A stretch of DNA of 64,000 nt from assembly GCA_964016885.1 (NCBI GenBank), contig OZ024742.1:190216001-190280000 (forward strand), in the 5' to 3' direction. A model generated the notes under the pieces. That model did no database searches, was not told the origin of the DNA, and worked only from the letters and a program-made list of their open reading frames with translations. How positions within the stretch are numbered: position 1 is the first letter of the stretch; every line of letters starts with the position of its first letter. The stretch comes from Eledone cirrhosa. Its lineage: Eukaryota. This document shows, piece by piece, positions 43,680 through 56,913 of the stretch. Position numbers and translations under genes: made by a program.

Positions 43680-44111
43680 ATTTCGTTTCTGAATTTGTTT
43701 AGCAAGATTCTTTATCTGAAAACGTGTGTTGAAACCGATATTGTTATGCTTTGGGAGGGTCCTAAATTTATAAATTTAGTTTATAATAAATTGAAGTGAA
43801 AGCTACTGGTGCGTGTGTTTCTTGTTGGCAACATGACCCTCCCAAAGCATAACATTATATATATATTGTTATACTTTGGGAGGGTCATGTTGCCAATAAG
43901 AAACACACGCACCAGTTGCTTTCACTTCAATTTATTATGATAAATTTATAATAAATTTATAAATTTATAAATTTCTGGTTGGTTGGTTCCACAACCAGAT
44001 AGTTGTTTATATATAGTCATAGTTCTTTCGTCACACACTCTGTGACCTCTTCAGTGACTGGGGATTCCTTTCTTTGTTTCTGTGCCTCTCCTTTGTTCGT
44101 AGGACAGAACA
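43680..44111. mobile_element. Two short Naiad-type pLTR pieces: mini inverted copy 43680-43855 and arm 43862-44098 with a 14 bp inversion stub
   Basis: Near-identical to 16087-16380 and 18225-18305. Confidence 0.85.
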
Positions 44112-47100
44112 GTGGTGGTAGTGTTGGCTGTGGCTGTGGTGGTTGTGGTGGTAGTGGTGGTGGTAGTGGTGGTGGTGGTATTGGGGGGGGGGGTTGTAGT
44201 AGTGGTGGTGGGTGTGGTGGTGGTGGTAGTGTTGGCTGTGGCTGTGGTGGTTGTGGTGGTAGTGGTGGTGGTAGTAGTGTTGGTGGTGGTTGTGGTGGTA
44301 GTGGTGGTGGGTGTGGTGGTGATGGTAGTGTTGGCTGTGGTGGTTGTGGTTGTGGTGGTGGTGGTGGTGGTGGGTGTGGTGGTGGTGGTAGTGGTGGTGG
44401 TGGTAGTGTTGGCTGTGGCTGTTGTGGTGGTGGTGGTGGTAGTGGTGGTAGTGGTGGTGGTGGTAGTGGTGGTGATGGTGGTGGTGGGTGTTGTGGTGGT
44501 GGTGGGTGTGGTGGTGATGGTAGTGTTGGCTGTGGCTGGTGTGGTTGTGGTGGGAGTGGTGGTGGTTGTGGTGGGTGTGGTGGCGGTGGTGGCGGTGGGT
44601 GTGGTGGTGGTGGTGGGTGTGGTGGTGATGGTAGTATTGGCTGTGGCTGGTGTGGTTGTGGTGGTGGTGGTGGTGATGATGGTGGTGGGGTTGTGGTGGT
44701 GGTGGGTGTGGTGGTGATGGTAGTGTTGGCTGTGGCTGTTGTGCTGGTGGTGGTGGTAGTGGTGATGGTGGTGGTGGTGGTAGTGGTGGTGATGGTGGTG
44801 GTGGGTGTGGTGGTGATGGTAGTGTTGGCTGTGGTTGTTGTGGTTGTGGTGGTGGTAGTGGTGGTGGTGGTAGTGGTGGTTGTAATGGTGGTGATGGTAG
44901 TGGAGGTGGGTGTGATGGTGGTGGTAGTGTTGACTGTGGCTGTGGTGGTTGTGGTGGTAGTGGTGGCGGTGGTAGTGGTGGTGGTGGTTGTGGTGGTGGT
45001 GGTGGTGTGGTGGTGGTGGTAGTGTTGGCTGTGGCTGTGGTGGTTGTGGTGGTAGTGGTGGTGGTGGTATTGGGGGGGGGGGTTGTAGTAGTGGTGGTGG
45101 GTGTGGTGGTGGTGGTAGTGTTGGCTGTGGCTGTGGTGGTTGTGGTGGTAGTGGTGGTGGTAGTAGTGTTGGTGGTGGTAGTGTTGGCTGTGGCTGTTGT
45201 GGTGGTGGTGGTGGTAGTGGTGGTAGTGGTGGTGGTGGTAGTGGTGGTGATGGTGGTGGCGGGTGTTGTGGTGGTGGTGGGTGTGGTGGTGATGGTAGTG
45301 TTGGCTGTGGCTGGTGTGGTTGTGGTGGGAGTGGTGGTGGTTGTGGTGGGTGTGGTGGCGGTGGTGGCGGTGGGTGTGGTGGTGGTGGTGGTAGTGGTGG
45401 TGGTGGTATTGGGGGGGGGGGTTGTAGTATTGGTGGTGGGTGTGGTGGTGGTGGTAGTGTTGGCTGTGGCTGTGGTGGTTGTGGTGGTAGTGGTGGTGGT
45501 AGTAGTGTTGGTGGTGGTTGTGGTGGTAGTGGTGGTGGTAGTGGTGGTGATGGTAGTGTTGGCTGTGGTGGTTGTGGTTGTGGTGGTGGTGGTGGTGGTG
45601 GGTGTGGTGGTGGTGGGTGTGGTGGTGGTGGTAGTGTTGGCTGTGGCTGTTGTGGTGGTGGTGGTGGTAGTGGTGGTAGTGGTGGTGGTGGTAGTCGTGG
45701 TGATGGTGGTGGTGGGTGTTGTGGTGGTGGTGGGTGTGGTGGTGATGGTAGTGTTGGCTGTGGCTGGTGTGGTTGTGGTGGGAGTGGTGGTGGTTGTGGT
45801 GGGTGTGGTGGCGGTGGTGGCGGTGGGTGTGGTGGTGGTGGTGGGTGTGGTGGTGATGGTAGTATTGGCTGTGGCTGGTGTGGTTGTGGTGGTGGTGGTG
45901 GTGATGATGGTGGTGGGGTTGTGGTGGTGGTGGGTGTGGTGGTGGTGGTAGTGGTGATGGTGGTGGGGGGGTTGTGGTGGTGGTGGGTGTGGTGGTGATG
46001 GTAGTGTTGGCTGTGGCTGTTGTGGTTGTGGTGTTTGTGATGGTGGCAGTGGTGGTGGTGGTAGTGGTGGTGATGGTGGTGGTGGGTGTGGTGGTGATGG
46101 TAGTGTTGGCTGTGGTTGTTGTGGTTGTGGTGGTGGTAGTGGTGGTGGTGGTAGTGGTGGTGGTAGTGGTGGTGGTATTAGTGGTGGTGGGTGTGGTGGT
46201 GGTGGTAGTGTTGGCTGTGGAGGTTGTGGTGGTAGTGGTGGTGGTGGTGGTGGGTGTGGTAGTGGTGGTGGGTGTGGTGGTGATCGTAGTGTTGGCTGTG
46301 GCTGTTGTGGTTGTAGTGGTGGTAGCGGTGGTAGTACTTGTGGTGGTAGTGGTGGTGGTAGTGGTGGTGGTGGTAGTGGAGGTGGGTGTGATGGTGGTGG
46401 TATTGTTGACTGTGGCTGTGGTGGTTGTGGTGGTAGTGGTGGTGGTGGTAGTGGTGGTGGTGGTTGTGGTGGTGGTGTTGGTGTGGTGGTGGTGGTAGTG
46501 TTGGCTGTGGCTGTGGAGGTTGTGGTGGTAGTGGTGGTGGTGGTGGTGGGTGTGGTAGTCGTGGTGAGTGTGGTGATGATCGTAGTGTTGGCTGTGGCTG
46601 TTGTGGTTGTAGTGGTGGTAGTGGTGGTAGTGCTGGTGGTGGTAGTGGTGGTTGTAATGGTGGTGATGGTAGTGGAGGTGGGTGTGATGGTGGTTGTAGT
46701 GTTGACTGTGGCTGTGGTGGTTGTGGTGGTAGTGGTGGCGGTGGTAGTGGTGGTGGTGGTTGTGGTGGTGGTGGTGGTGTGGTGGTGGTGGTAGTGTTGG
46801 CTGTGGCTGTGGTGGTTGTGGTGGTAGTGGTGGTGGTGGTAGTGGTGGTGGTGGTATTGGGGGGGGGGTTGTAGTAGTGGTGGTGGGTGTGGTAGTGGTG
46901 GTAGTGTTGGCTGTGGCTGTGGTGGTTGTGGTGGTAGTGGTGGTGGTTGTAGTGTTGGTGGTGGTTGTGGTGGTAGTGGTGGTGGGTGTGGTGGTGATGG
47001 TAGTGTTGGCTGTGGTGGTTGTGGTGGTAGTGGTGGAGGTAGTGGTGGTGGTGGTGGTGGTAGTGGTGGTGGTGGTTGTGCTGATGGTGTTAGCTGTTGG

Positions 47101-47975
47101 TGTTGTTGTTCTTTTTGTGGTGGTGGTGGTGGTAGTGGTTGCTGTGATGGTAGTGGCGGCTGTGGTTGTTGTTTTTGTTGTGGTGGTAGTTGTTGTTTTG
47201 GTGGTGTTAGTGTTGGCCGTGGTGCCTGTTGTGGTGGTAGTGATGGTGGTGGTGGTGTTAGTGTTGGCTGTGGTGGTTGTTGTGGTGGTAGTGGTTGTGG
47301 TAGTATTGGCTGTGGTGGTGGGTGTGGTAGTTGTTGTGGTGGTTGTTGTGCTGGTTGTTGTTGTGGTGGTGGTTGTTGTGTTTGTTGTTGTGGTGGTTGT
47401 AGTTATTGTGGTGGTTGTTGTGGTGGTAGTGGTGGTGGTAGTGGTTGTTGTGGTGGTTGTTGTGGTAGTGTTGGCTGTGGTGATTGTTGTTGTGGTGGTG
47501 GTTGTTGTTGTTGTGGTGGTGGTAGTGTTGGCTGTGGTGGTTGTTGTGGTGGTGGTTGTTGTTGTTGTGGTGGTGGTAGTGTTGGCTGTGGTGGTTGTTG
47601 TAGTTGTGGTAATTGTTGATATTGTGGTTGTTGTTGTGATGGTGGTAGTGTTGGGTGTGGTGTTGTGGTGGTGGTTGTCATTTATGTGGTAGTGGTTGTT
47701 GTTCTGGTGGTGGTGGTGGTTGTGGTGGTGGTTGTGGTAGTGGTTGTTGTGGTGGTTGTTCTGGTGGTGGTGGCGGTAGTGTTCGCTGTGGTGTTGTGGT
47801 GTGGTGGTAGTGGTTGTGGTGGTGGTTGTGGTAGTGGTTGTTGTGGAGGTTGTTCTGGTGGTGGTGGTTGTGGTTGTAGTTGTGGTGTTGTGGTTGTTGT
47901 TGTTGTTGTTCTGGTGGTGGTGGCGGTAGTGTTGGCTGTGGTGTTGGGTGTGGTGGCGGTGGCAACAGTGGTGAA
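44112..47975. repeat. (GGT)n-derived complex satellite punctuated by GTAGTGTTGGCTGTGG
   Basis: Direct reading; produces the spurious 1607 aa T/H/P-rich ORF. Confidence 0.92.
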
Positions 47976-48127
47976 GATGTTTACAACGGAGAAGGCGGGG
48001 CTGCAGTGTAGTAATGGGTGGCAGTAATGGATGATATCGTCTTTGTGTAGAAGAACTGGAAAAAATATAATCGTCACACAAAGAACAACTTAGATCAAAG
48101 TGAGACGATAAGCTTGTTGATTGGCTG

Positions 48128-49535
48128 ACGGTGATGGTGATGATGATGGTGGTGGTGATGGTGGTGATGGTGATGATGGTGATGATGATGATGGTGGTGG
48201 TGATGGTGGCGATGGGGATGATGATGGTGGTGGTGATGGTGATGATGGTGATGGTGATGGTGGTGGTGGTGATGGTGGCGATGGTGGTGATGGTGGTGAT
48301 GGTGATGATGATGATGGTGGTGATGGTGGTGATGGTGGTGATGATGGTTGTGATGGGGATTATGATGGTGATGGTGATGATGGTGGTGGTGGTGATGGTG
48401 GTGATGGTGATGATGATGATGATGGTGATGGTGATGATGGTGATGATGGTGATGGTGGTGGTGATGATGGTGATGATGGTGGTGATGATGGTGGTGATGG
48501 GGATGATGATGGTGGTGGTGATGGTGATGGTGGTGGTGATGGTGATGATGGTGGTGGTGATGGTGGTGATGGTGATGATGATGAATGTGGTGGTGATGGT
48601 GGCGATGGTGATGATGATGGTGGTGGTGATGGTGGCAATGGGGATGATGGTGGTGATGGTGGTGGTGATGGGGATGAGGATGATGATGATGATAGCGATG
48701 ATGGTGATGATGATGATAATCACAATCATCATCATCATCATCATCATGACCATCATAACAACGTACACGACAAACATGAACAACTGAATCAACATCAACA
48801 TCATAAATAATAGTTTGTGATTAAGGCACAAGGCCAGCAATTTAAATGGAAGGGGAAAGTCGACTAAATCGACTCCAGTGCATTACTGGTACTTTATTTT
48901 ATCAACCTCGTAGAGATGAATGACAAAGTCAACCTTGGTGGGTTAAAACAATTACATCATAACAACCATAACCGCTACCACTACCACTACCACTACCACC
49001 ACCACCACCACCACCACCACCACCACCACCCCCACCACTATAACCCCCCACCCCACCATAACCACCACCATGCCATCACCACTACCACCCCCACTACCAC
49101 CACCACCAAGACCACCACCACTACAACTACCACCACCACCACCACCATGCTACCATCACCATAACCACTACCACCCCACTACTACCACCACCAACACCAC
49201 CACCACTACAACTACCACCACCACCAACAACCCCACCACCACCACCACCACCATGCCACCACCACCATAACCACCACCACCACCACCATAAACACTACTA
49301 CCACCACCACCAACAACAACAACAACAACACCACCATCACCGTAGCCAGCACTGATAACATAAATATTGACATAACCAGTATAACCACAGCCGCCACCAC
49401 CACTACAACTACCACTACCACCACCACCACTACCACCACCACCACTACCACTACCACCACCACTACCACCACCTCAGCCACCACCACCACCACCACCACC
49501 GCCACCACCAACAACAACAACAACCACAACAACAG
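48128..49535. repeat. (GAT/GGT)n and (CAC)n low-complexity arrays with a SINE family A fragment (48823-48940, -)
   Basis: Direct reading; GGCACAAGGCCAGCAAT...ACTGGTACTTTATTTTATC. Confidence 0.85.
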
Positions 49536-49649
49536 CTATATCTAGATGTAAATACAAATAACGACAAAGAAATCTTGTCTAGTCTATCTACAAAAGAAAC
49601 CAGCTGCTGTAATGTTTTGACGTCATTTGTTCAACAGGCAGATCTTTAG

Positions 49650-50618
49650 AGTTGATGTTGTGGTGGTTGTGGTGGTGGTGGTAATAATGGTGGTTGTTGT
49701 TGTGGTGGTGGTGGTTGTTGTGGTGGTGGTATGTTGTGGTGGTCGTTGTTGTGGTGGTATGCTGTGGTGGTTGTGGTTGTGGTAGTAGTGGTGGCATCTC
49801 TTTAGAGGAAGGGTTGATGTGGTGCTATGTTGTGGTAGTGGTGGTATGTTGTGGTGGTAGTTGTAGTGGTTGTGGTGGTTGTTGTGGTGGTGGTTGTTGA
49901 TGTGTTGGTATGTTGTGGTGATTGTATGTTGTGGTGGTGGTGGTGGTTGTGGTGGTGGTGGTGGTTGTTGTGGTGGTGGTGGTATGTTGTGGTGGTAGTT
50001 GTAGTGGTGGTGGTTGTTGTGGTGGTTGTTGTGGTGGTGGTTGTTGTGGTGGTGGTTGTTGATGTGGTGTAAGTTGTGGTGGTGGTATGTTGTGGTGCTG
50101 GTGGTTGTTGTGGTGGTGGTATGTTGTGGTGGTAGTTGTAGTGGTGGTGGTTGTTGTGGTAGTGGTTTAATGATTGATGTGGTTGTTGTGGTGGTAGTGG
50201 TGTTTGTGGTGGTAGATTTTTATAGGAAGATTTGATGTTGTGGTGGTTGTTGTTGCTGTTGTGGTGGTGGTAGTGGTGGTGGTTGTGGTGGCAGATGAAG
50301 TATGTTTGTTGTTGCGGTGGTGGTTGTTGCTGTTGCAGTTGTGGTTGTGGTGGTGGTTGTTGTTGTTGTGGTGGTGGTAGTGTTGGGTGTGGAGGTGAGT
50401 GTGGTTGTTGTTGTGGTAGTGGTTTTTGTGGTGGTTGTTGTTGAAGTAGTGGTTGTGGAGGTGGTGGTTGTGCTGGTTGTTGTGGTTGTTGTGTCGTTCA
50501 TGTGGTTGTTGTGTGTTTTTTGTTGTGATGGTTGTTGCGTTTGTTGTGGTAATGGTTGTTGTGTTTGTTGTTTTTGTATGGGAGTGATTCTTGTTGATGT
50601 GGGTGTTGTGGTTGTTGT
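49650..50618. repeat. GT-rich trinucleotide array punctuated by GGTATGTTG (same type at 52405-52665)
   Basis: Direct reading. Confidence 0.85.
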
Positions 50619-50619
50619 T

Positions 50620-50964
50620 AAGGTGCATGGCTTGGTGGTTAGAGCATCAGGCTTGCAATCGGAAGGTTGTGAGTTCGATTCTCGGACCGGATGATGCGTT
50701 ATGTCCTTGAGCAATACACTTTATTTCACGTTGCTTCAGTTTACTATACTGTAGAATAGAGTTGTGACGTCACTGGTGCCAAGCTGTATCGGCCATAGCC
50801 TTTCTCTTGGACAACATCGGTGACGTGGAGAGGGGAGGCTGGTATGCATGGGCGACTACTGGTCTTCCTCAAACAACTTTGCCCAGACTTGTGCCTCGGA
50901 GGGAAACTTTCTAGGTGCAAATCTCATGGTCATTCGTGACCGAAGAGGATCTTTACCTTTACCT
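50620..50964 (+). mobile_element. tRNA-derived SINE family B, full length
   Basis: A-box TGGCTTGGTGG, B-box GAGTTCGATTC, TGTCCTTGAGCAA.ACACTT central block, (CTTTAC)2 tail. Confidence 0.8.
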
Positions 50965-50987
50965 GTTATTATTGTTATTGTTGTTGA

Positions 50988-51195
50988 GGGCGGTGGATTG
51001 ACAGTATCGGTAGAGAGTCGGACACCATGCTTTGAAGCATAGAGTTACGTCCCTTTATGATCTGAGTTCAAATCCTGTCGAGGTTAACCTTGCCTTTCAT
51101 CCTTACGGGGGTCGATAAAATAAAGTACCAGTAATGTACTGGGTAATTGCTGGCCTTGTGCCAAAAATAGAAACAAATATTGTTGTTGTTGTTGT
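50988..51195 (+). mobile_element. SINE family A, full length
   Basis: Reverse-complement match to 51717-51903; (TTG)n tail. Confidence 0.88.
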
Positions 51196-51624
51196 TACAC
51201 ATAGAGCCGGGTTGGACGTGGTATCAAGACTGGCGGGTGTAGGATCAGTCGGCTGGAATTTGCAGACGACATGGAAATACATAAGTCGCTGGATGATGAT
51301 CGCCGACATGTACTGGATAGGTTTGCAACCGAGTGCTGCACAGCAGGAATAAAACTCAGTACGACAAAGACTGAGTCATTCTCCCTCCCAAGAGAGATTG
51401 TATAGTGCTCTCTGCGAGTGGAGTTACTCTGAAGCAGGGGGAAAAGTTTAAGTATGTCGGGGATATTTTCGCGAGTGATTGGAGGTAATAGGCTGAATAA
51501 AATACAAGAATTGTAGGAGCTGATGCAGAAATACACCAGAGTCAGTGTTCGTTCACCTCCAAAAGGTGAAAAAGCCAAACTCGCTATCTTCAATTCAGTG
51601 TTTGCATCTACCCTTACTAATAAA

Positions 51625-52289
51625 TCTAAACTATAATAAAGTAAGAAGCGCGGGACAGCGTCCGGTTTATAATTTTTTATCCCATTAGTAAAATAAGTTG
51701 GATTACTTTGAATAAATAATTGTTTCTACTTTTGGCACAAGGCCAGCAATTACCCAGTGTATTACTGGTACTTTATTTTATCGACCCCGTAAGGATGAAA
51801 GGCAAAGTTAACCTCGGCGGGATTTGAACTCAGAATGGCAAGGGCCGTAACTCTATGCGTCAAAGCATGGTGTCCGACCCTCTACCGATACTGCCAATCC
51901 ACAATGAATGAATACTACATAATTTATCTACTAAATTTCGTGGCTGTTTATTAAATATATTTTATTATTTATTTAAACATTCACTTCTTTAAAATTTTCA
52001 AATGTCAACACTTCCGGTGGCGATCGCTTAAATAAACATATTATTTTCTGTCACTAATTTTCTCATAATGCAGTTTATATACAATATCGTCTTTTTTTAA
52101 TGTATCATGGATTACTTTACTGATTACAGAAGAGAGTGTAACACAGTCTCTCTTCAATTTCTGTGCATATTCTCAATTACGATTTTATTTGATATATCGT
52201 ATATACATGTATATATACTTGCGTATAATATCAATATACACACTACACATGCTAGCAGAAAACTACCCGAAGGGTGGTTTTTCTGCTAG
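51625..52289 (+). mobile_element. Non-autonomous Helitron containing a nested SINE
   Basis: 5' A|TCTAAACTATAATAAA, 3' hairpin and CTAG|T, no target duplication; the RTE reading is continuous across it. Confidence 0.75.
51717..51903 (-). mobile_element. SINE family A, full length
   Basis: On -: TGGCAGTATCGG A-box, GAGTTCAAATCC B-box, GCCTTTCATCCTTACGGGGTCGATAAAATAAAGTACCAG central domain (resembles the MetaSINE domain, from recall). Confidence 0.88.
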
Positions 52290-52844
52290 TCTCTTGTAAT
52301 GAACGAAAAATACGATCGAGAATTCAAACTACCGAAATGGGGTTCGTTCGAATTGTCTTTGGAGTAACGTTACTCGATAGGTTGAGTAGCACGGTGATCT
52401 GGAAATTGTTGTGGTGGGGGTTGTTGATGCGGTGGTGGTTGTTGTGGTGGTATGCTGTGGTGGTGGTTGTGGTGGTGGTTGCTGTTGTGGTGGTATGTTG
52501 TGGTGGTGGTTGTTGATGTGGTGGTATGTTGTGGTGGTGGTTGTTGATGTGGTGGTATGTTGTGGTGGTGGTTGTTGATGTGGTGGTATGTTGTGATGGT
52601 ATGCTGTGGTGGTATGTTGTGGTGGTGGTTGTTGATGTGGTGGTATGTTGTGGTGGTGTTATGTTGCCGGTAGAGCTACTACTACTCCAAATCGTGAGAT
52701 CACACACCCGATACTACGGACATGGGGTTAAAATGTCTAATAACAGATTCTACGGGCAATATCTACCTACAGTAGACCAAGAGGAACATTACTTACAGAA
52801 GCAGAAAACCACCGGCAAGAGTATCTGCTAGTATATATAAATAT

Positions 52845-52945
52845 ACTTCGATATTGTATTTGTTTCGCAAGGTTCTTGAAGTGTTGAAACAGATTTTGTT
52901 ATATATGGAGTGGGGTCATGCTGCCAATAAAACACAAGCATCAAT
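52845..52945 (-). mobile_element. Diverged relative of the Naiad-type pLTR end and tail
   Basis: TTTGTTTCGCAAGGTTCTT..GTGTTGAAACAGATTTTGTTATA...GGGTCATGCTGCCAATAA aligns with 16097-16180. Confidence 0.6.
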
Positions 52946-53109
52946 ATTAGGCAGGTAAATAATCATTGGTTAGTTTATCAACAGGATGGTTTGTCAAAGT
53001 GCTTTCACCAAACATTCCTGGCCTTCTAAGTGATTATTCACGCACATCTATGTCACCGTGGTTTTCTTCTTCTTCTTCTTCTTCTTCTTCTTCTTCTTCT
53101 TCTTCTTCT

Positions 53110-54082
53110 CTTTAGATATATTTCTTTATTTGCCACAAGGGCGCACAAGAAAAGGGGACAATACAAAGACACATGCCGAGATTTTACATACAGTCGTGTA
53201 AAAAAAATATAAAACAAACAATTATAACAATCGAAATCCCCAATAGGGGGGAGGCGCCACAAATGGGTTGTTTAATACCCCGTCGATAGAACAACCCTCA
53301 ACTTCAGGAGCGTGTTGTGCAAGTGCTCCCTTCTTCCTTTTGCTCTCTTCTTTAATCTACAGGCTTATAAACAGAGAAGGCCCAATCACTCGGGCCATTT
53401 TTTCCCCATTCACCCACCTTTCAGTAAATTTACTGGGGTGCAGTGCCTCTTTCTCTACTCTGATTCTTCTTTTAAAGTGATACTTAAAGAAGGGAATCAA
53501 TTGTTGTCCGGAGAGAAAGGCATCTGTCCTAAGTCCTCTTAATCTCGTCCACCATATAACCTCTTTCACCATAGCCACTGTACAGAGGAAAACCGCCTCT
53601 CTTTCGTTTTTGAAATAGGCTGGTGGTTTGATCCTTACTTTGGACTCGGCAGTCAACTGGATTTGTCCCATACGCGACAGCAGTTGTTCTGCATAGTTCT
53701 ACAGGTCGCTTACGCCCGGGCAGTGTACAATTGCGTGCAAGACGGTTTCAATGTCTTGTTCGCATCTTGGACACGTCCTCTTGGAAGGATCCCTGCCGGG
53801 GCGTCCGTGCCTGTAGATCTTATCTCGAACGGGTAGAGCTCCTCGGTAGCACTGCCAGGCCAGGGACCTCTGGAAGTTGTCCATAGGTCCCGGGCGGAAA
53901 GTCCTACCGAACAGACTGGTGAACTCGTCGTCTTCGACGCCTAGAATCTCCCCGAGCACGTCGTCGCACTTGTAAAGTACTAACCCTCTATAGAATGTCG
54001 AAGTGATGTCGCCACTGACTGCTGTGCCCGCTTGACAGAGGACTGTGAGCGCCTGGGCGCATTCAATGTACCAGGCGCCCAT

Positions 54083-54083
<1 letters not shown>
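53110..54083 (-). mobile_element. L1/Tx1-type LINE 3' fragment
   Basis: MDNFQRSLAWQCYRGALPVR...CPRCEQDIETVLHAIVHC; homologous to 61490-62430; 5' end abuts (GATA)n. Confidence 0.88.
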
Positions 54084-54119
<36 letters not shown>

Positions 54120-54289
54120 ATAGATACATACATAAAAAGAGGTAGTTAAAATGTTTGAAAAGGTTGAAGGAAAACCTATGCATATATGTGTATGTAAGGA
54201 AAATGCTGTTATGTATGTAAATGTTTGTCTTATTAACTTTTTATACGAGCATTCATATGTGTGTTTCTATTGGCAAGTATTAGACCTCG

Positions 54290-56040
54290 TTTGTGTGTGA
54301 CCGTGTGTGTATGTGTGAAAATATGCGTATCTGTATGTGTGAGTATGCGTTTGTGTATGTGTGAATATACCTGTCTCTGTATCTGTGAGTATGCGTGTGT
54401 GTATGTGCGAATATACGCGTCTCTGTATGTATATCGCTGTGTATGTATGCGAGTGTGTTTTTGATGTGTATGTGTAAGTGTATATATATATGCGCACGTT
54501 TATATAAATGTATGTTTGTGTTTACGTGTGTGTTTGTGCGTCTGCGTGTGCGTGTGAATATGTATGTACGTATATTAGTGTGCATGGGTGTGTATATGCA
54601 TATGTGAAGGTGTATGTGAGTGTGCGAGTGAGTGTGCATGCGTGTGTGTGCGTTCATGCGTATATGTATGTGTTTGTGCGTGCGTGCATATGCATATATA
54701 TACATATATAAATGCACAGATGTGCATATGAGCATGTATGTATATGAGTGTGTGTGTGTGAGTGTGCGTGTGTGTGAGTGTGCATGCGAGTCTACATCTC
54801 TGTCTGCGTGTGCATGAATGTGAGTGTGTATGTGTGTGTGTCTGTATGTGTGTGTGCATGTGAGTGTGCATGTGTCTGTGTGAGTGTGCATGTTTGTCTG
54901 TGTGTACATGAGTGTGTGTGCGTATGTGTGTGTGCATGTGTGTATGTGTTCATATGTCTGTGTGTGTGTGTGCATGTGGGTGTGAGTGTATGTGTGTGTG
55001 TGCATGTGTGTGTGAGTGTATGTGTGTGTGTATGTGAGTGTGTATGTGTGTGTGAGTGTATGTGTATGTGTGTGTGTGTAGATGTGTGTATGTGTCTGCA
55101 TGTCTGTGTGTGTCTGCTCATGTGCGAGTGTATGTGCATTTGTGCATATGTGTGTGCATGTATGTGTAAGTGTATGTGTGTGAGTGTGTGTGCATGTGTG
55201 TATATGTGTCTGTATGTCTGTCTGTTTCTGTTCATGTGTGTGTGTGTGAGTGTAAGTGTATGTATGTGTATTTGTCTCTCTGTATATCTGTGTGTATATG
55301 TCTGTCTGTATATATGTGCGTATGTGTGTATGTGTCTATCTGTGTGTATGTGTGTATGTGTCTCTCTGTATATATGTGTGTATGTGTCTATCTGTATATA
55401 TGTGTGTATGTGTCTATCTGTATATATGTGTGTATGTGTCTATCTGTATATATGTGTGTATATGTCTATCTGTATATGTGTGTGTATGTGTCTATCTGTA
55501 TATATGTGTGTATGTGTCTCTCTGTATATATGTGTGTATGTGTCTATCTGTATATGTGTGTGTATATGTCACTCTGTATATATGTGTGTGTATATGTCAC
55601 TCTGTATATATGTGTGTATGTGTCTATCTGTATATATGTGTGTATGTGTCTATCTGTATATATGTGTGTATGTGTCTATCTGTATATGTGTGTATGTGTG
55701 TATATGTTTATCTGTATATTTGTGTGTATGTGTCTGTCTGTATGTGTGTGTATGTGTCTATCTGTATATATGTGTGTATATGTCTGTCTGTATATATGTG
55801 TGCATGTGTCTATATGTATATATGTGTGTATATGTCTGTCTGTATATATGTGTGTATGTGTCTATCTGTATATATGTGTGTATATGTCTGTCTGTATATA
55901 TTTGTGTATGTGTCTCTCTGTATGCCTGTCTCTCTGTATGCCTGTCTTTGTCTGTTCATGTGTGTGTGCATGTGTGTGTGAATGTGTGAGCATGTGTGTG
56001 TGTACATGTCTGTGTGTGTGCACATGTCTGTGTGTGTGTG
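54290..56040. repeat. TG/TA-rich compound array with ~26 bp unit TATGTGTCTATCTGTATATATGTGTG
   Basis: Direct reading. Confidence 0.9.
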
Positions 56041-56426
56041 TTGTTCTTTCTCACCACATAGACTCCATAAAGTCTTTGATGTGTATATAATACGTTCTGG
56101 AGTTGAATAGAAATAAGAGTGATGTGTTCAAATGATTTCGTAGAAGAGGGAAAAATTTAATAAATGCACAAAAAAGAATAAAGAATAAAGACAGGAGGGT
56201 GGGTGTGGGGGGGAATTGTGGGGGGGGGGGAGAGAAGTACCTATATAGCTGCATATCTATCTATCTATCTAGCTATCTATCTTTTAAATTACATTGCCCT
56301 CGTGGCAAATAAATAGAAACTTATATTTTAAATTACATTTGTGATAATATTTTACACGTTTTATTGTAAACTTCCTCCTTTGTATTTGTCCCCTACTTTT
56401 GTGCCCCTGTGGCTAATAAAGAAACA

Positions 56427-56505
<79 letters not shown>

Positions 56506-56913
56506 AAATCTAGCTGTCGTCTGTTCTAAAGCGTAGATGTAATTCACCTCGCGCAGAAGTTTTGTTCAAATTTATTGCGGAAATTTTGTGAGTTCAATTT
56601 TAATTTTGATACTATTGTGTAGCTTGACCCCCCGTCTGAACTGTCAGGCGGTGGGTCAGCTCATCTTTACCCCTCCTAGGGGTGAAAAACCTGTTTTTAA
56701 AAATTTTGTGGCATAAAAAAATTTCAATCGTCTGACAGAAATGTTAAACGAAGCTAACGAAAATAGTGGTGGAGAGACAGCGGTAAGAGTTGTAAGCTCG
56801 CACGCTTTAGTACCCCCCCTTCCTTCCCAACTAACGTCATAGAGAAGGAAGGAAAAAATAAAATAAAAACAGACGAATCTGCGGAGGAAAATGACGAAAA
56901 CACAAATCTGGAC

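Larger units (their letters stand above)
51205..52408 (+). pseudogene. Decayed RTE (Rex3/Expander-like) RT fragment split by a Helitron insertion
   Basis: GCRISRLEFADD...LDRFATEC..AGIKLSTTKTE...EKFKYVG...KAKLAIFNSVFASTLT, resuming after 52290 with IRSRIQTTEMGFVRIVFGVTLLDR. Confidence 0.8.

Noticed and set aside
44017-48840. 1607 aa Thr/His/Pro-rich ORF resembling a mucin
   Set aside because: It is the stop-free strand of GGT/GAT satellites, drifts between repeat frames and ends inside a PLE pLTR.
50620-50695. Possible tRNA gene
   Set aside because: A and B boxes are present but no acceptor stem forms, and the sequence continues into a SINE body and tail.
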